Shown: in pieces, positions 9,699 to 19,020 of the stretch
Layout: each line of letters begins with the position of its first letter
Position numbering within the stretch: the first letter of the stretch is position 1
Source of the DNA: a virus
Strand: one strand, 5' to 3'
Length of the DNA: 44,326 bases
IMG/VR virus record: IMGVR_UViG_3300047160_021165
Location: 64,589-108,914 of that record
Notes under the pieces: generated by a model
The model's database searches: none
Told to the model about the DNA's origin: nothing
Seen by the model: the letters and a program-made list of their open reading frames with translations, nothing else
Made by a program: the position numbers and the translations under genes

Positions 9699-10193
9699 AT
9701 GTCGCACAAAATCGTTATTTGTCAAGATTTCGATATCCCCTACGTTGGGGGCTACAATAATGCTGGTACCATCGTGTATATCGATAGGCATCTTCCTAGG
9801 ACGTTTAGGGCTAGTACTAACGTGAACGTGGATTTACATAAATATTTGATTATTCATGAACTTACAGAAGTAAGCATGATGACTAATCTTGGGCTATCTT
9901 TCAATGAAGCCCACAAAATAGCCTTGGGCGCAGAAATATCCGCTCTCCAAAAAGACGGCTGCCCCGTAGACGAATATTATTCCCAATTGTATAAGCATAT
10001 TGATAAGAAATTACTGCCAGAAAACATCAGAATGGTTCCTAAAGATCTGAATTTACAGCCATATATAGATGATGAGCTGACTGCAGTTTTGGACGCAATA
10101 GCTAAATGCAGAAATTCTCAAGTCATTGAATTCATTGATGATTATCAAGAAGAGACTAATATTCTTCCATTCAGGAAAAAAGTCAGGGCATAA
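9699..10193 (+). CDS. Hypothetical protein with HExxE/EAH metal-binding-like motif
   Basis: GGAGG RBS; LIIHELTE...FNEAHKIA. Confidence 0.55.
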   Translation: MSHKIVICQDFDIPYVGGYNNAGTIVYIDRHLPRTFRASTNVNVDLHKYLIIHELTEVSMMTNLGLSFNEAHKIALGAEISALQKDGCPVDEYYSQLYKHIDKKLLPENIRMVPKDLNLQPYIDDELTAVLDAIAKCRNSQVIEFIDDYQEETNILPFRKKVRA

Positions 10194-10243
10194 TACCTAG
10201 TTATTAGGTACTGGAAATAGATCTAGTACCTAGATTAGGTATT
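10193..10243. repeat. Nested inverted repeat / hairpin
   Basis: AATACCTAG...TAGGTACT...AGTACCTA...TTAGGTATT. Confidence 0.5.
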
Positions 10244-10286
10244 TATCTCTATTTTTCCTTATAAAATGCCAAGTTACAGATTCTTA

Positions 10287-10314
10287 TAAAGCTTTTTCTT
10301 TTTTATTCCGATGA
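10287..10314 (+). promoter_or_regulatory. sigma28-type promoter
   Basis: TAAAGCTTT...TCCGATGA, TAAA-N16, upstream of the GGAGG RBS of 10343. Confidence 0.6.
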
Positions 10315-10342
10315 AAACAATGTTAGACGGGAGGAATAAACT

Positions 10343-10609
10343 ATGAAAAAATCTAATTCAGCATCAATAGCATTTTTCTGCGGAATAGCCGTGATGATGA
10401 TACTTTTTAGTGTCTATTCTGCCTTCCAATTTGATGGTCAAGCTCAAGTGGCAGACATGCGAGAAAAAGCTATAGAAGTTTGCGAATGCCACGGCGGCCT
10501 AAAATCCATCACCCCGAACCATTTTGGTGAGCCCACCGTCATGTGCAAAGATGGTCAAGTTTATACAAGCATAAGCTATGCGGTATTTACTTGTAGCGAG
10601 GGCAAATAA
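10343..10609 (+). CDS. Hypothetical membrane/exported protein
   Basis: N-terminal TM helix, Cys-rich C-terminus, GGAGG RBS. Confidence 0.65.
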   Translation: MKKSNSASIAFFCGIAVMMILFSVYSAFQFDGQAQVADMREKAIEVCECHGGLKSITPNHFGEPTVMCKDGQVYTSISYAVFTCSEGK

Positions 10610-10610
10610 G

Positions 10611-10994
10611 ATGTCGATTTTAAGATACACGGAAAAGTGCAAAAGTTGGACTACTTGTGAGCATCAATATACTCGCTTGGGTTTCGAGAGTCACACTATC
10701 CTAGATTTCTGCTCCAAGTGCGGATATATAGCCGGCTCTAGTAATAGAGCTATAGCCAAAAAACACTTCTCAGTTTTTCTAGATTTATCCGTTATTCAGG
10801 AAGTTACTCAGGCTCAAACCGCCACGGAACTAAGAAAACACCTGTATACAGCGTATATCGGGGAATCTAAATTGTTGGGCAAGGTGAGTAAGGAGACCTC
10901 TGAAAAGTTGGATTTTCAGGTTGAAATCATAGCTCTTTTAGCCCCTCTGACCCCGTTATCTGTGTTGGACGGCTATAAAGACCTACTTTTTTAG
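10611..10994 (+). CDS. Hypothetical zinc-ribbon protein
   Basis: CEHQY...CSKCGY. Start reassigned to the ATG after the previous stop. Confidence 0.55.
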   Translation: MSILRYTEKCKSWTTCEHQYTRLGFESHTILDFCSKCGYIAGSSNRAIAKKHFSVFLDLSVIQEVTQAQTATELRKHLYTAYIGESKLLGKVSKETSEKLDFQVEIIALLAPLTPLSVLDGYKDLLF

Positions 10995-11001
10995 GAGTCT
11001 A

Positions 11002-11250
11002 ATGATGAAGAAAATATTATTATTGATAATTTTCTCAATGATTCCAGCTGCCTGTGCTACCACTTACGATATCAACGAGCAGTGCACGGCGTACCAGCCC
11101 GGAGGGAAGATTTGGATATCCCCATTCACCACACTGACCGTGATTGAAGTACGTTTACGAGAAGATAGCATAATTTACCACGGATATTTGAATCACTTTG
11201 GCGTAGCTACAGATGAAGTGGCAAATTATAGGGGGCCATTATGTCGTTAA
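11002..11250 (+). CDS. Putative lipoprotein
   Basis: MKK + hydrophobic stretch + IPAAC lipobox-like motif. Confidence 0.6.
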   Translation: MMKKILLLIIFSMIPAACATTYDINEQCTAYQPGGKIWISPFTTLTVIEVRLREDSIIYHGYLNHFGVATDEVANYRGPLCR

Positions 11251-11561
11251 AATATGCCTTTCTACTACCTTTCTTGACCACTGGCTGTATAACTGTGAAC
11301 ACAGATAGACCGCCTCAAAGCGAAGTTTCTGTACGTCTCCACAAGGAATATAGGCTATACAGCTTACATGACGGTTATACGCCCCAGGAAGTTGCGGATC
11401 GCACCTGTAGAACGCTCAGAGCCGATAACGAAGTGGAAGCAACAGACATGAACATGATTCTCTTGGGCAAATTCAAGGATAAAAGAGGTAGGGTTTATCT
11501 TAAATATGATCTAGACTATACCTGCGAATTAGCAGGTTTACATCAAGAAGGAGATAATTAA
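11241..11561 (+). CDS. Putative lipoprotein
   Basis: Signal peptide ending LTTGC. Confidence 0.6.
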   Translation: MSLKYAFLLPFLTTGCITVNTDRPPQSEVSVRLHKEYRLYSLHDGYTPQEVADRTCRTLRADNEVEATDMNMILLGKFKDKRGRVYLKYDLDYTCELAGLHQEGDN

Positions 11562-11794
11562 TGCTAAATACTTTGATTATAATTCTGGTTTCTATTATGG
11601 TGGCTTGTGGAGTCATCATATTCGAGGATGGGAAATCTACCCATAAATACGTTCCTAAGATATTTGCTGGAGCTGCGGTAGGGCTAATAGCCGTTATTTT
11701 GCTGCAGGTTATTTTAGAGCATTTCCTCCTGATTCCTTTCCTGGGAGTTGCAGCGTATTTGATGTACTACAAACCAGAATACAAGTTCTGGTAG
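11561..11794 (+). CDS. Small membrane protein (2-3 TM)
   Basis: Hydrophobic helices, GGAG RBS. Confidence 0.6.
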   Translation: MLNTLIIILVSIMVACGVIIFEDGKSTHKYVPKIFAGAAVGLIAVILLQVILEHFLLIPFLGVAAYLMYYKPEYKFW

Positions 11795-11805
11795 AAAGAT
11801 CTAAC

Positions 11806-12372
11806 GTGAGATATACTAAATTCCTACTTTTGTTTATCTTAGCCTTCGCGCAAGGGTGCGCCACCTTTGGGGAAGTTGATCCTCAGGCCAAGCCATATTT
11901 GGACTCTTTCGTGTCAGAAGCCCATGAAAGGGGCTATTACCCCAACGTAGACAACTTGTCTATTTATATTAAGCCCAAGGATTCTTTATCCATGGAACTA
12001 GTATCTGACAATGCTCTGGCATATTGCATGCCCCTAGCCATAGGTACCAGTAGAGACCGAGATTTCATTCCCAGCTTTGGGGAATACATCATAATAAGTA
12101 AGGAATATTGGGATGCTGCCCCAGATGCCGGTCGAGAAGATACCCTATTCCACGAATTAGGCCACTGCATTCTCAATAGAGTTCATACAACTAAGCTACT
12201 TCCAATGTGGGACGGAACCTACCGACCAGCTTCTCTGATGTATCCTACTGATTTTCCTGGTATTATCTACCTAGAATATAGAAAAGAATATATAGATGAG
12301 CTGTTTGAAAACGCACCCTTCTATATAAAACACAGACTCATGGAAAACGGGCCAATTAAGGCAACAAAGTAA
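11806..12372 (+). CDS. Metzincin-like zinc metalloprotease lipoprotein
   Basis: Lipobox AQGC, zinc motif HELGHCILNRVH, Met-turn SLMYP. Confidence 0.8.
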   Translation: MRYTKFLLLFILAFAQGCATFGEVDPQAKPYLDSFVSEAHERGYYPNVDNLSIYIKPKDSLSMELVSDNALAYCMPLAIGTSRDRDFIPSFGEYIIISKEYWDAAPDAGREDTLFHELGHCILNRVHTTKLLPMWDGTYRPASLMYPTDFPGIIYLEYRKEYIDELFENAPFYIKHRLMENGPIKATK

Positions 12373-12384
12373 TATAATTAATGT

Positions 12385-12516
12385 ATGAGAAAGTATTTGT
12401 GGTTAACAGTCAAGATTTTGATTTTCCTGGTTGTTCCGGGCTCTCTTGTTATTTATGGGTTACATTGGTTATTAGTGCGAAGTAAACGAAAGCTTAATAG
12501 CGGCGAACCTTATTAA
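12385..12516 (+). CDS. Small membrane peptide (43 aa)
   Basis: Below track cutoff: MRKYLWLTVKILIFLVVPGSLVIYGLHWLLVRSKRKLNSGEPY. Confidence 0.45.
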   Translation: MRKYLWLTVKILIFLVVPGSLVIYGLHWLLVRSKRKLNSGEPY

Positions 12517-12568
12517 ACGTTCGCTTCGTTCGAGATAATAAGGAAGTTTTTTGGCCCAAAATTCAGAC

Positions 12569-12604
12569 AAAAAAGGGGATCCGTTAAGATCCCCTTTCCT
12601 TTTT
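12569..12604. terminator. Bidirectional terminator
   Basis: AAAAAAGGGGATC-cgttaa-GATCCCCTTT between convergent genes. Confidence 0.8.
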
Positions 12605-12622
12605 ACCTCAGATTCTCAGGTA

Positions 12623-14770
12623 TTATGCTGATTGTTTTGTGTCGCCAAGAGTGAAGGTTATGAAAATAAAATCAAGGCCTTGGACCGGTTTTATTTCGAC
12701 TTGAACAGTAGCTGTGTTTCCAACAACCTCAACCAAGAATGTGCTTTCTACGAACCCTTGTGGAGCATCTGTGCTTGGGCTAAGAATTTGAGCGTTGAAC
12801 AAGTTGATCAATTGGCTACGGATTCTGTTTTTAATGGAGTTAGCACTAGCGACAGTTACTTTTTTACCAACGAAAGCTGTTTCTGCATCGCTACGAATTG
12901 TTTTGGCTACGTATTGGGAAGCTTCAACTACGGATCCACGGTTGAATACGAAAGAGTCGTCAATTCCGTATGTTGTGTTGTCAACAACGATTCTGTACGC
13001 ACCAGCATTTGGCTCAGCAAATGTGACACCAGCATTAATTGCATCATCGTAATCGATAAGTGGGTTGAAGTCACCAACTACTACACCAGTTGAAGGAGTT
13101 ACGTAATGGCCAACACCGCTAACTGCCATATATTTAAAGGTTTCTGGCTCACCGATTGGTGTTCCAAGACGGATACCAGCGATAATGGCAGCCATGATGT
13201 GTGGTTGTTTCCAGGCTAAAGCACCAGTAGAATCAACTACTAACACGTCTTGCATTGCCATTTGAAGAGTATACAAGTTCAAGCCAGCGGCATGCTCGTA
13301 AGCAGCTTCTTTTGTGGAAACTCTATAACCTACAACACCTTGGGCTTCTTTACGGTTTTGGATAGTTCCGCGAAGTACTAAGTGACTAGCTAAAAGAGCG
13401 TGAACGGCTGCAACAACGTAAGTAGAACTTGGGTCAGTAATACCAGAGGTTAAGTCAACTGAAGCATCTTGGCTGATACAAGGGACGATAACGTTCAGGT
13501 CGATTCCTAAGGCAGCTTGAAGTGCGGCGGCGAAGTCAGAGTTAGCAGAAGCACCTTTTGCTCCACCGGCTAAGCTAGCTGGGCCTTCAGCGTCTGGTAA
13601 GCCTTTAACAGCTTGGGCAGAAATAGCAACTAAGTTAGATCCTGCGAAGAATTGAGCTACTTCGTAAGCATCCATTTTAATACGAGCTGGCATTAAACCG
13701 GCAGCAGAGAAAGCACCAACAGCACTTACTTGGTCAAGAACAGTAGAAGGCAAGTTAGCGTATTTAGCAGCGCTAGCAACTGTAACCCCTGGTAAACCAG
13801 AAAGAGCAGTAACCAAGCTACCGATTGTTGGGTAGTTAGCGAATAAAAGTGTTACAGAAGAGGGGGTTGCGCCTGTTTGAGCAAGAACCAAGCTAGTAGA
13901 GTTGATAGTAACTGTAGCAGCAGTAGCTCCACCAGTAGCAGAACGACCAATCATAAGTGGGATGTCCCCACCAACTACTTCAGAAACTGTAACACCATCG
14001 CGTGGTTGAACTAAAACAAGGTCAGCAGAAGGTTCGGTAGCAGCAACTGTCAAACCAGCAACCAAAGCCAATTTAGTTAAAGCTGTAGAAGCAGCTAAGA
14101 TTTCGAAAGAACGACCGAAACCATCTCTTTGGTGGTTAGCAGCGGCGTTCATTGTCAATGTAAGAACGCTAGCACCGCTAGCTGTGATTCCAGTTAAAGC
14201 GCCGTTAATTTGGGTAATTACGTCAGACATTGTTACTGGAGTAACGAATGTAACTGTTACTGGGGCAGCACCGTCTTGGGCTATAATCAGAGTTTCGCCA
14301 TCCAGGCCAGAAATACTAGAGACGGCAGCAGAACCAGTTACTGTAGGAGCAGCTTCAGCTGTAAGGGTGTTTTGATATGTGATTCGGTTTCCACCAACAC
14401 CATATTCAAGAGCAGTTAAAGTACCATAGCTATTTAAAGCGGCATACGTAGCTTGGAGGGAATGGTTGGTTTTGTAAACGAGGATAGTTTGAGCTCCGTT
14501 TACACCAGGAGTCAAGGATGGGGCAAGAGCTACCAAAGCGGCGTCAACGATTGGGCCAGTTTTATATTTGGCTTGTAAAGCACTGAAACCACTAGCAGAA
14601 AAGCTTTGGATGCCTTCAGCAGATCCTGGGGCACCTGCGTCAGCTTCACCAACCAACAAAAGAACACCAGTAGTAGAGGAAGCAGCACCTGCACTTAAAG
14701 CCACTTGGCTTACTGAGTAAGCGCCGGGCTTGCGAATCGTACTTCCCGAAAATTGTTTTGATATCGCCAT
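12623..14770 (-). CDS. Contractile tail sheath protein
   Basis: N-terminal RKPGAYS and LLLVGEADAG motifs; C-terminal VEIKPVQGLDFIFITF. 715 aa with a beta-rich insertion. Confidence 0.9.
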   Translation of the reverse strand: MAISKQFSGSTIRKPGAYSVSQVALSAGAASSTTGVLLLVGEADAGAPGSAEGIQSFSASGFSALQAKYKTGPIVDAALVALAPSLTPGVNGAQTILVYKTNHSLQATYAALNSYGTLTALEYGVGGNRITYQNTLTAEAAPTVTGSAAVSSISGLDGETLIIAQDGAAPVTVTFVTPVTMSDVITQINGALTGITASGASVLTLTMNAAANHQRDGFGRSFEILAASTALTKLALVAGLTVAATEPSADLVLVQPRDGVTVSEVVGGDIPLMIGRSATGGATAATVTINSTSLVLAQTGATPSSVTLLFANYPTIGSLVTALSGLPGVTVASAAKYANLPSTVLDQVSAVGAFSAAGLMPARIKMDAYEVAQFFAGSNLVAISAQAVKGLPDAEGPASLAGGAKGASANSDFAAALQAALGIDLNVIVPCISQDASVDLTSGITDPSSTYVVAAVHALLASHLVLRGTIQNRKEAQGVVGYRVSTKEAAYEHAAGLNLYTLQMAMQDVLVVDSTGALAWKQPHIMAAIIAGIRLGTPIGEPETFKYMAVSGVGHYVTPSTGVVVGDFNPLIDYDDAINAGVTFAEPNAGAYRIVVDNTTYGIDDSFVFNRGSVVEASQYVAKTIRSDAETAFVGKKVTVASANSIKNRIRSQLINLFNAQILSPSTDAPQGFVESTFLVEVVGNTATVQVEIKPVQGLDFIFITFTLGDTKQSA

Positions 14771-14771
14771 G

Positions 14772-15515
14772 TTATAAAACTCCTAAGTTCGATAAATCTT
14801 GTTGCTCTAAAACTTTTTTATTTAAATCTGGGTAATCGCTCAGGAATAAAGACCACTTAAGCTTCGCCTTTTCGGTCCAAAACCCTTTAATCTCTATAAT
14901 TGTACCATCTTTAAGTCTGAAATCAGGGGAATAGGTCATTCCGTTGGATAACTTGAACTTGGGTTCGTATTCCCAGGATATACCATTTGAATCCAACCAA
15001 TTAGCATAGGCCAATTCCCAACTGCTCCTAACTTTAAAGGAGCCCTGAATACCATTATACTGAAATATTCGACCCTTCCACTGAGGGGGCTTATTGCTGT
15101 TTTTGTCAGATAGAAAGGCTTTAGTGTTTTGCGAGTGTTTTAAACCAGCAAATTGATTACCATTTTTATTACAATACTCTTTTTGCTTTTGGCTAAGAAC
15201 CTTTTTAGTTTCTTCAGAATGATGAGTTCCTATCCTAGCTTTTTGGGCTAGTTTTAGACATTCACTCGATTTTTGTCTATGCTTATCCGTTCTCTCATAT
15301 TTACCAGGTTTTATACACTTTAAACAATTGGGTTTTTTGGCTCGTTTTAAGGGTTGATACCCCCTATCTGATCCGCAAGCGTTACATTTAGTTCTATAAA
15401 ATAGCTTATAGCATCCGTCTTTTTCTTCATGTCTGATCCAATCTTCGGGATCCACATTACTAACGGATAATGCTTTTTCATAGGATTTTAATTGATTCCT
15501 ATCACCAGAGGCCAT
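14772..15515 (-). CDS. Homing endonuclease (NUMOD3 + PD-(D/E)XK nuclease)
   Basis: GTHHSEETKK and GLKHSQNTK NUMOD3-like repeats; VRSSWE...YEP...YSPDF...IEIKG nuclease motif. Confidence 0.8.
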   Translation of the reverse strand: MASGDRNQLKSYEKALSVSNVDPEDWIRHEEKDGCYKLFYRTKCNACGSDRGYQPLKRAKKPNCLKCIKPGKYERTDKHRQKSSECLKLAQKARIGTHHSEETKKVLSQKQKEYCNKNGNQFAGLKHSQNTKAFLSDKNSNKPPQWKGRIFQYNGIQGSFKVRSSWELAYANWLDSNGISWEYEPKFKLSNGMTYSPDFRLKDGTIIEIKGFWTEKAKLKWSLFLSDYPDLNKKVLEQQDLSNLGVL

Positions 15516-15517
15516 AA

Positions 15518-15745
15518 TTAAAACTTTAAAAATACTTCGTTGTATAAATCTTCATCTTCTGAACCAGATAAACCCTGCTTTTTCATGAAAATCCAGAGGC
15601 CGTCTTTTTGCCATTCTCTGGATTTTCCTAGTTTTATCTGTTTGTCAAACCATCTATCAAAAGTGACTTTGGGCTTGGTAGGAGCTTCAATCTCAACAAC
15701 TTCCTGAGGCAAAGGTTTAATTTCGTTCACATATTTTTTAGACAT
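15518..15745 (-). CDS. Small conserved-type late protein upstream of the sheath
   Basis: AGGAG RBS, late promoter upstream. Confidence 0.6.
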   Translation of the reverse strand: MSKKYVNEIKPLPQEVVEIEAPTKPKVTFDRWFDKQIKLGKSREWQKDGLWIFMKKQGLSGSEDEDLYNEVFLKF

Positions 15746-15781
15746 ATAATCTCCTTTGAGCGGTGTTCTCGCTTAATCTTG

Positions 15782-15790
15782 ATTATATCA
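15782..15790 (-). promoter_or_regulatory. Late-type extended -10 promoter (TGaTATAAT)
   Basis: Perfect extended -10 upstream of the sheath operon. Confidence 0.65.
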
Positions 15791-15821
15791 TTGGAATTTA
15801 AGATAATCAAGTCTGGGCTTT

Positions 15822-15887
15822 AAACAAAAAACCCCAGTCAAGGGAGGGCATCCTGACCAGGGCAGAGGAACGTTTTAAGCCCCTCAT
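15822..15887 (-). ncRNA. Candidate small RNA (~65 nt) with its own terminator
   Basis: TATAAT at 15892-15897, hairpin GAGGGGC..GTTCCTC, then GCCCTGGTCA..TGACTGGGGT followed by a T-run. No ORF. Confidence 0.4.
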
Positions 15888-15906
15888 TTGAATTATATAG
15901 CATTTT

Positions 15907-15942
15907 AAAAACGTACCCAGTCGGGTATTCTGGGTACGTTTT
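15907..15942 (-). terminator. Terminator after thyA-dfr
   Basis: 13-bp inverted repeat AAAACGTACCCAG/CTGGGTACGTTTT. Confidence 0.7.
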
Positions 15943-16075
15943 CGCATATTTCTTAAATATCCAAAATTGACAACTTTTCGGTTTGTTCTGGATATACCAA
16001 AAATACCGGAAAGTGGTACTTTTGGAACATTTTAAAGCAAATGTAATACAGAAAATTCTTGTTATACATGTGTTA

Positions 16076-16558
16076 CTATGGTCTAACCCAGTATTCCCAT
16101 TTAGCTTTTACGGATTTATCCGGAAAGTCTTCTTCATTAAGCTTAAGAAGGCCTTTATTCCAGTCCATGGGAAAGAAAATAGTGGCGTTAAAGCAGTCTT
16201 CTTCGATCTGGGTTATATGGAAACTAGTGGCTAAGGGGATGGTTTTACGGTAGATTTCTCCGCCCCCAGCCACAAATAGATTTTCACAACCTTCACTTTC
16301 GGCCCAAGCTATGGCGGATTTGACGTCGGGGAACACATAAGCTCCCTTAATGCTTAATGGCATATCGGAAATTACCAAATTTATTCTATTTTTTAGAGGA
16401 CTACCTATGGAGACGAAGGTATTATAGCCCATAAGTACATATTGATTCGTAGTAAGGTGCCTGAAACGCTCTAAATCGGCTTTTAGAGGCCATATAAGAG
16501 TATTATTGACTCCTAATTCCAGGTTCTTTCCTATAGAGGCTATGATCGAAATACGCAT
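16076..16558 (-). CDS. folA: Dihydrofolate reductase
   Basis: ISIIASIGKNLELG..LIWPLKADLERF, MGYNTF, PLKNRINLVIS, VAGGGEIY. Confidence 0.92.
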   Translation of the reverse strand: MRISIIASIGKNLELGVNNTLIWPLKADLERFRHLTTNQYVLMGYNTFVSIGSPLKNRINLVISDMPLSIKGAYVFPDVKSAIAWAESEGCENLFVAGGGEIYRKTIPLATSFHITQIEEDCFNATIFFPMDWNKGLLKLNEEDFPDKSVKAKWEYWVRP

Positions 16559-17340
16559 TATACGGCTACCTTTGCTTTAATCGAGGGGTGCGGATTATAG
16601 CCCTCTAGTTCAAAATCCTCAAATTTATAGTCAAATATGGAATCCGTCTTTCTCAGAATATTAAGTTTGGGTAAAGGTCTAGAATCCCTACATAATTGGA
16701 TTACTACACCATCTAAGTGGTTATTATATAAGTGGGTATCTCCGCCTACCCATATGAACTCCCCCAGACCAAAGCCACATTGCTCAGCAACCATGTGCGT
16801 TAGGAGAGCATAAGAGGCTATATTGAATGGGACGCCCAAGAAGATATCGGCGCTGCGCTGGTAAAGCTGACAACTGAGGCGATTCTTATTATCTACCCAG
16901 AACTGAAAGAGGCAGTGACATGGGGGAAGAGCCATTTGGGCTAATTGGCCTGGGTTCCAGGCTACTACTACGGCTCTCCGAGAATGAGGGTCTTTCTTCA
17001 GGAGTTCTACAACATTAGCTATTTGATCTATGCCGTTGGAATTACGCCATTGAGCTCCGTAAATAGGCCCTAAGTCACCGTTTTCATCAGCCCATTCGTT
17101 CCAAATGGTGACTCCGTTGTCGTTAAGGTATTTAACATTCGTATTACCATCCAAAAACCATAGCAATTCATGGACTATAGATTTCCAGTGAAGCTTTTTG
17201 GTGGTAAGTATGGGAAATCCTTCATTTAAGTCGAAACGCATAGTTTCGCCAAATAAGGATTTGGTGCCGGTTCCAGTACGATCCGGCTTATCTACGCCAT
17301 GTTCAAGGAGTTTTCTGAGAAGAATTGAATATTGATACAT
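16558..17340 (-). CDS. thyA: Thymidylate synthase
   Basis: [49 protein letters not shown]. No intron evident. Confidence 0.97.
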   Translation of the reverse strand: MYQYSILLRKLLEHGVDKPDRTGTGTKSLFGETMRFDLNEGFPILTTKKLHWKSIVHELLWFLDGNTNVKYLNDNGVTIWNEWADENGDLGPIYGAQWRNSNGIDQIANVVELLKKDPHSRRAVVVAWNPGQLAQMALPPCHCLFQFWVDNKNRLSCQLYQRSADIFLGVPFNIASYALLTHMVAEQCGFGLGEFIWVGGDTHLYNNHLDGVVIQLCRDSRPLPKLNILRKTDSIFDYKFEDFELEGYNPHPSIKAKVAV

Positions 17341-17358
17341 AGAGCCCTCCAGTATTCA

Positions 17359-17388
17359 AGACTAGCATAAAGGGCCGGTATCAGTCAA
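17359..17388 (-). promoter_or_regulatory. sigma70-type promoter of thyA-dfr
   Basis: TTGACT-N18-TAGTCT with TGn extension. Confidence 0.5.
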
Positions 17389-17438
17389 GATTACGGGTAA
17401 CTGTCATAATTCGACAGTATCTAGTGTCTTTTTGACAC

Positions 17439-17480
17439 AAAAAAGAAAGCCCCCTAAACACTTAAGCTTAGAGGGTTTTC
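17439..17480 (-). terminator. Terminator after major capsid gene
   Basis: GAAAACCCTCTAA...TTAGGGGGCTTTC followed by a T-run on the minus strand. Confidence 0.7.
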
Positions 17481-17510
17481 CCGGGAGGCGTGAGGTCGCT
17501 ATCGACTAGA

Positions 17511-18929
17511 TTATCCGATAAGTACTGGAGCTACCAAGTTGTCGATAATTACGTTTTTACGTGGAGCTTGGATTACGATCATACCGTAGAGCAATTGCAA
17601 CCATTGGTAAGAGGTGTTGGTTACGGCCAAGTCGTATTTAATCAAAGATCCTAATTGTTTCCAAGAAAGAACGTCTGGATCGTGCATTAACAAGTAAGCG
17701 CGGTTAGAGCCAGGCAATCTCAGGTTTTCGTCAAGAACGTACGTTGCACCAGAAGTTGTAACAGCCAAACGACCGATGAATTCCCAACCAGCAGTTGTTC
17801 CGACTGGAGCTCTGAACACGTTCATGTACAGTGGCATTCCGGAGAATGTGATTGTAGCAGAAACGTTTTGACCAGCAGCAACGGCTTGTTCCATGTGAGC
17901 AGCTGGAAGCGTTTCACCATCAGCGTAAACAGCGGAAACTACATAAGAATATGTTCCAGCAGAAGCAGATGTGAATTTAGAAGCCATGTCACTAGGAGCA
18001 GAAGTACCTGTAATTACTGGGGCGCTAGAAGCAGAAACTGCAACAGCCAAAGGAACTTTTCTTGCACGGTTGAAAATTGAAGGTTTGAATTTGAAGTTCA
18101 GAGAACCCATGAATTCAGGAATTAGGTAACCGGCAGCAGTTCTGTCACCAGGACGTACGCGTTCTTTTGCATAGAAGGCTTTGCTGAAGTTAGAGTGGAT
18201 ATCTGTAGCTAAGTACATATCCATTGGCATACCAAAGTTGTTGATAGCGCGTAAGCATGCGGCTTCGCAGAGGTCTTCGTCCAAGCTAGAACCTTCAGCG
18301 TCGATGATTACTGTATCATCAGTTCCAACTACGCTGTAACCAGCGAAAGCTGTTGATTGGAATGCAGCAACTGATTGTTTTGAACGGATAAGTTTGTCTA
18401 CACCGTCGTATTCAAGAGCGTTGATAGCTGAGTCAGCATCAAACATAGCTCTTTCGTTACGGGCTAACAATTCGATAGTTTTGTTTTTTACTTCGCGTGC
18501 AACAACTGGTCCGTGAGCAGCTTGGATCATGGTCAAGTTGTGTTGTACGCTACCTTGTGTACCAAGGTACTTAACTACGTATACTTCACGGTTATATGAA
18601 GCATCAGTTGCTGTAGGTGTTCCACCCATTTGGAAGAATGGAGAAACTTCAGCACCGTAGCTGTTTTGTACGTTGAATTGGTGTACAGTTTGGCTAACTT
18701 TTTGTTTTATAATGTCTTTCCACAAACGGAGATGTTCCATGGAATATGTAACCAGTTTCAAGGTGCGGTCAAGGTCTTCGACTGCAAGGGCAGCACCACC
18801 AGTTAATTGTCCAGGGGTGTCGACGGCATATTCGCCACCGACGGATAACGCTTTTTGGAGTTCTTCAACATCTTGTACAGAATGTTGACCAAAGCCAGTC
18901 ATGCTTTGGTTTTCTAATTGATAGTTCAT
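17511..18929 (-). CDS. Major capsid protein (SPO1/Twort-like)
   Basis: 472 aa. ELQKALSVG..TPGQLTGGAALAVEDLDRTL..LWKDI resembles phage K/A511-type capsid proteins; LEYDGVDKLI. Confidence 0.9.
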   Translation of the reverse strand: MNYQLENQSMTGFGQHSVQDVEELQKALSVGGEYAVDTPGQLTGGAALAVEDLDRTLKLVTYSMEHLRLWKDIIKQKVSQTVHQFNVQNSYGAEVSPFFQMGGTPTATDASYNREVYVVKYLGTQGSVQHNLTMIQAAHGPVVAREVKNKTIELLARNERAMFDADSAINALEYDGVDKLIRSKQSVAAFQSTAFAGYSVVGTDDTVIIDAEGSSLDEDLCEAACLRAINNFGMPMDMYLATDIHSNFSKAFYAKERVRPGDRTAAGYLIPEFMGSLNFKFKPSIFNRARKVPLAVAVSASSAPVITGTSAPSDMASKFTSASAGTYSYVVSAVYADGETLPAAHMEQAVAAGQNVSATITFSGMPLYMNVFRAPVGTTAGWEFIGRLAVTTSGATYVLDENLRLPGSNRAYLLMHDPDVLSWKQLGSLIKYDLAVTNTSYQWLQLLYGMIVIQAPRKNVIIDNLVAPVLIG

Positions 18930-18976
18930 TGTTTTTCCTTACTTTCTTTTAAAAATTAAAAACTTATATATTATTC

Positions 18977-19015
18977 TGGGGAATTTCCCATTTTAACGGG
19001 GGGCTAAACCCCCCG
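18977..19015. other. Two GC-rich hairpins between scaffold and capsid genes
   Basis: TGGGGAATTTCCCA and CGGGGGG-ctaaa-CCCCCCG. Possible mRNA processing or stabilising signal. Confidence 0.45.
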
Positions 19016-19020
19016 CTGAA

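Noticed and set aside
12632-14419. Plus-strand ORFs inside the sheath (and similar ones inside the capsid, scaffold, sigma and 652-aa genes)
   Set aside because: Antisense shadows of biased-codon genes, lacking RBS or recognisable domains.
16558-17340. Group I intron or intein in thyA or other core genes
   Set aside because: thyA, capsid, sheath and protease ORFs are continuous with normal motif spacing. The endonucleases are free-standing.
17401-17438. Tandem TGTC-N-GACA palindromes upstream of the thyA promoter as an operator
   Set aside because: Spacer lengths differ (7 vs 5) and no consistent recurrence was seen.
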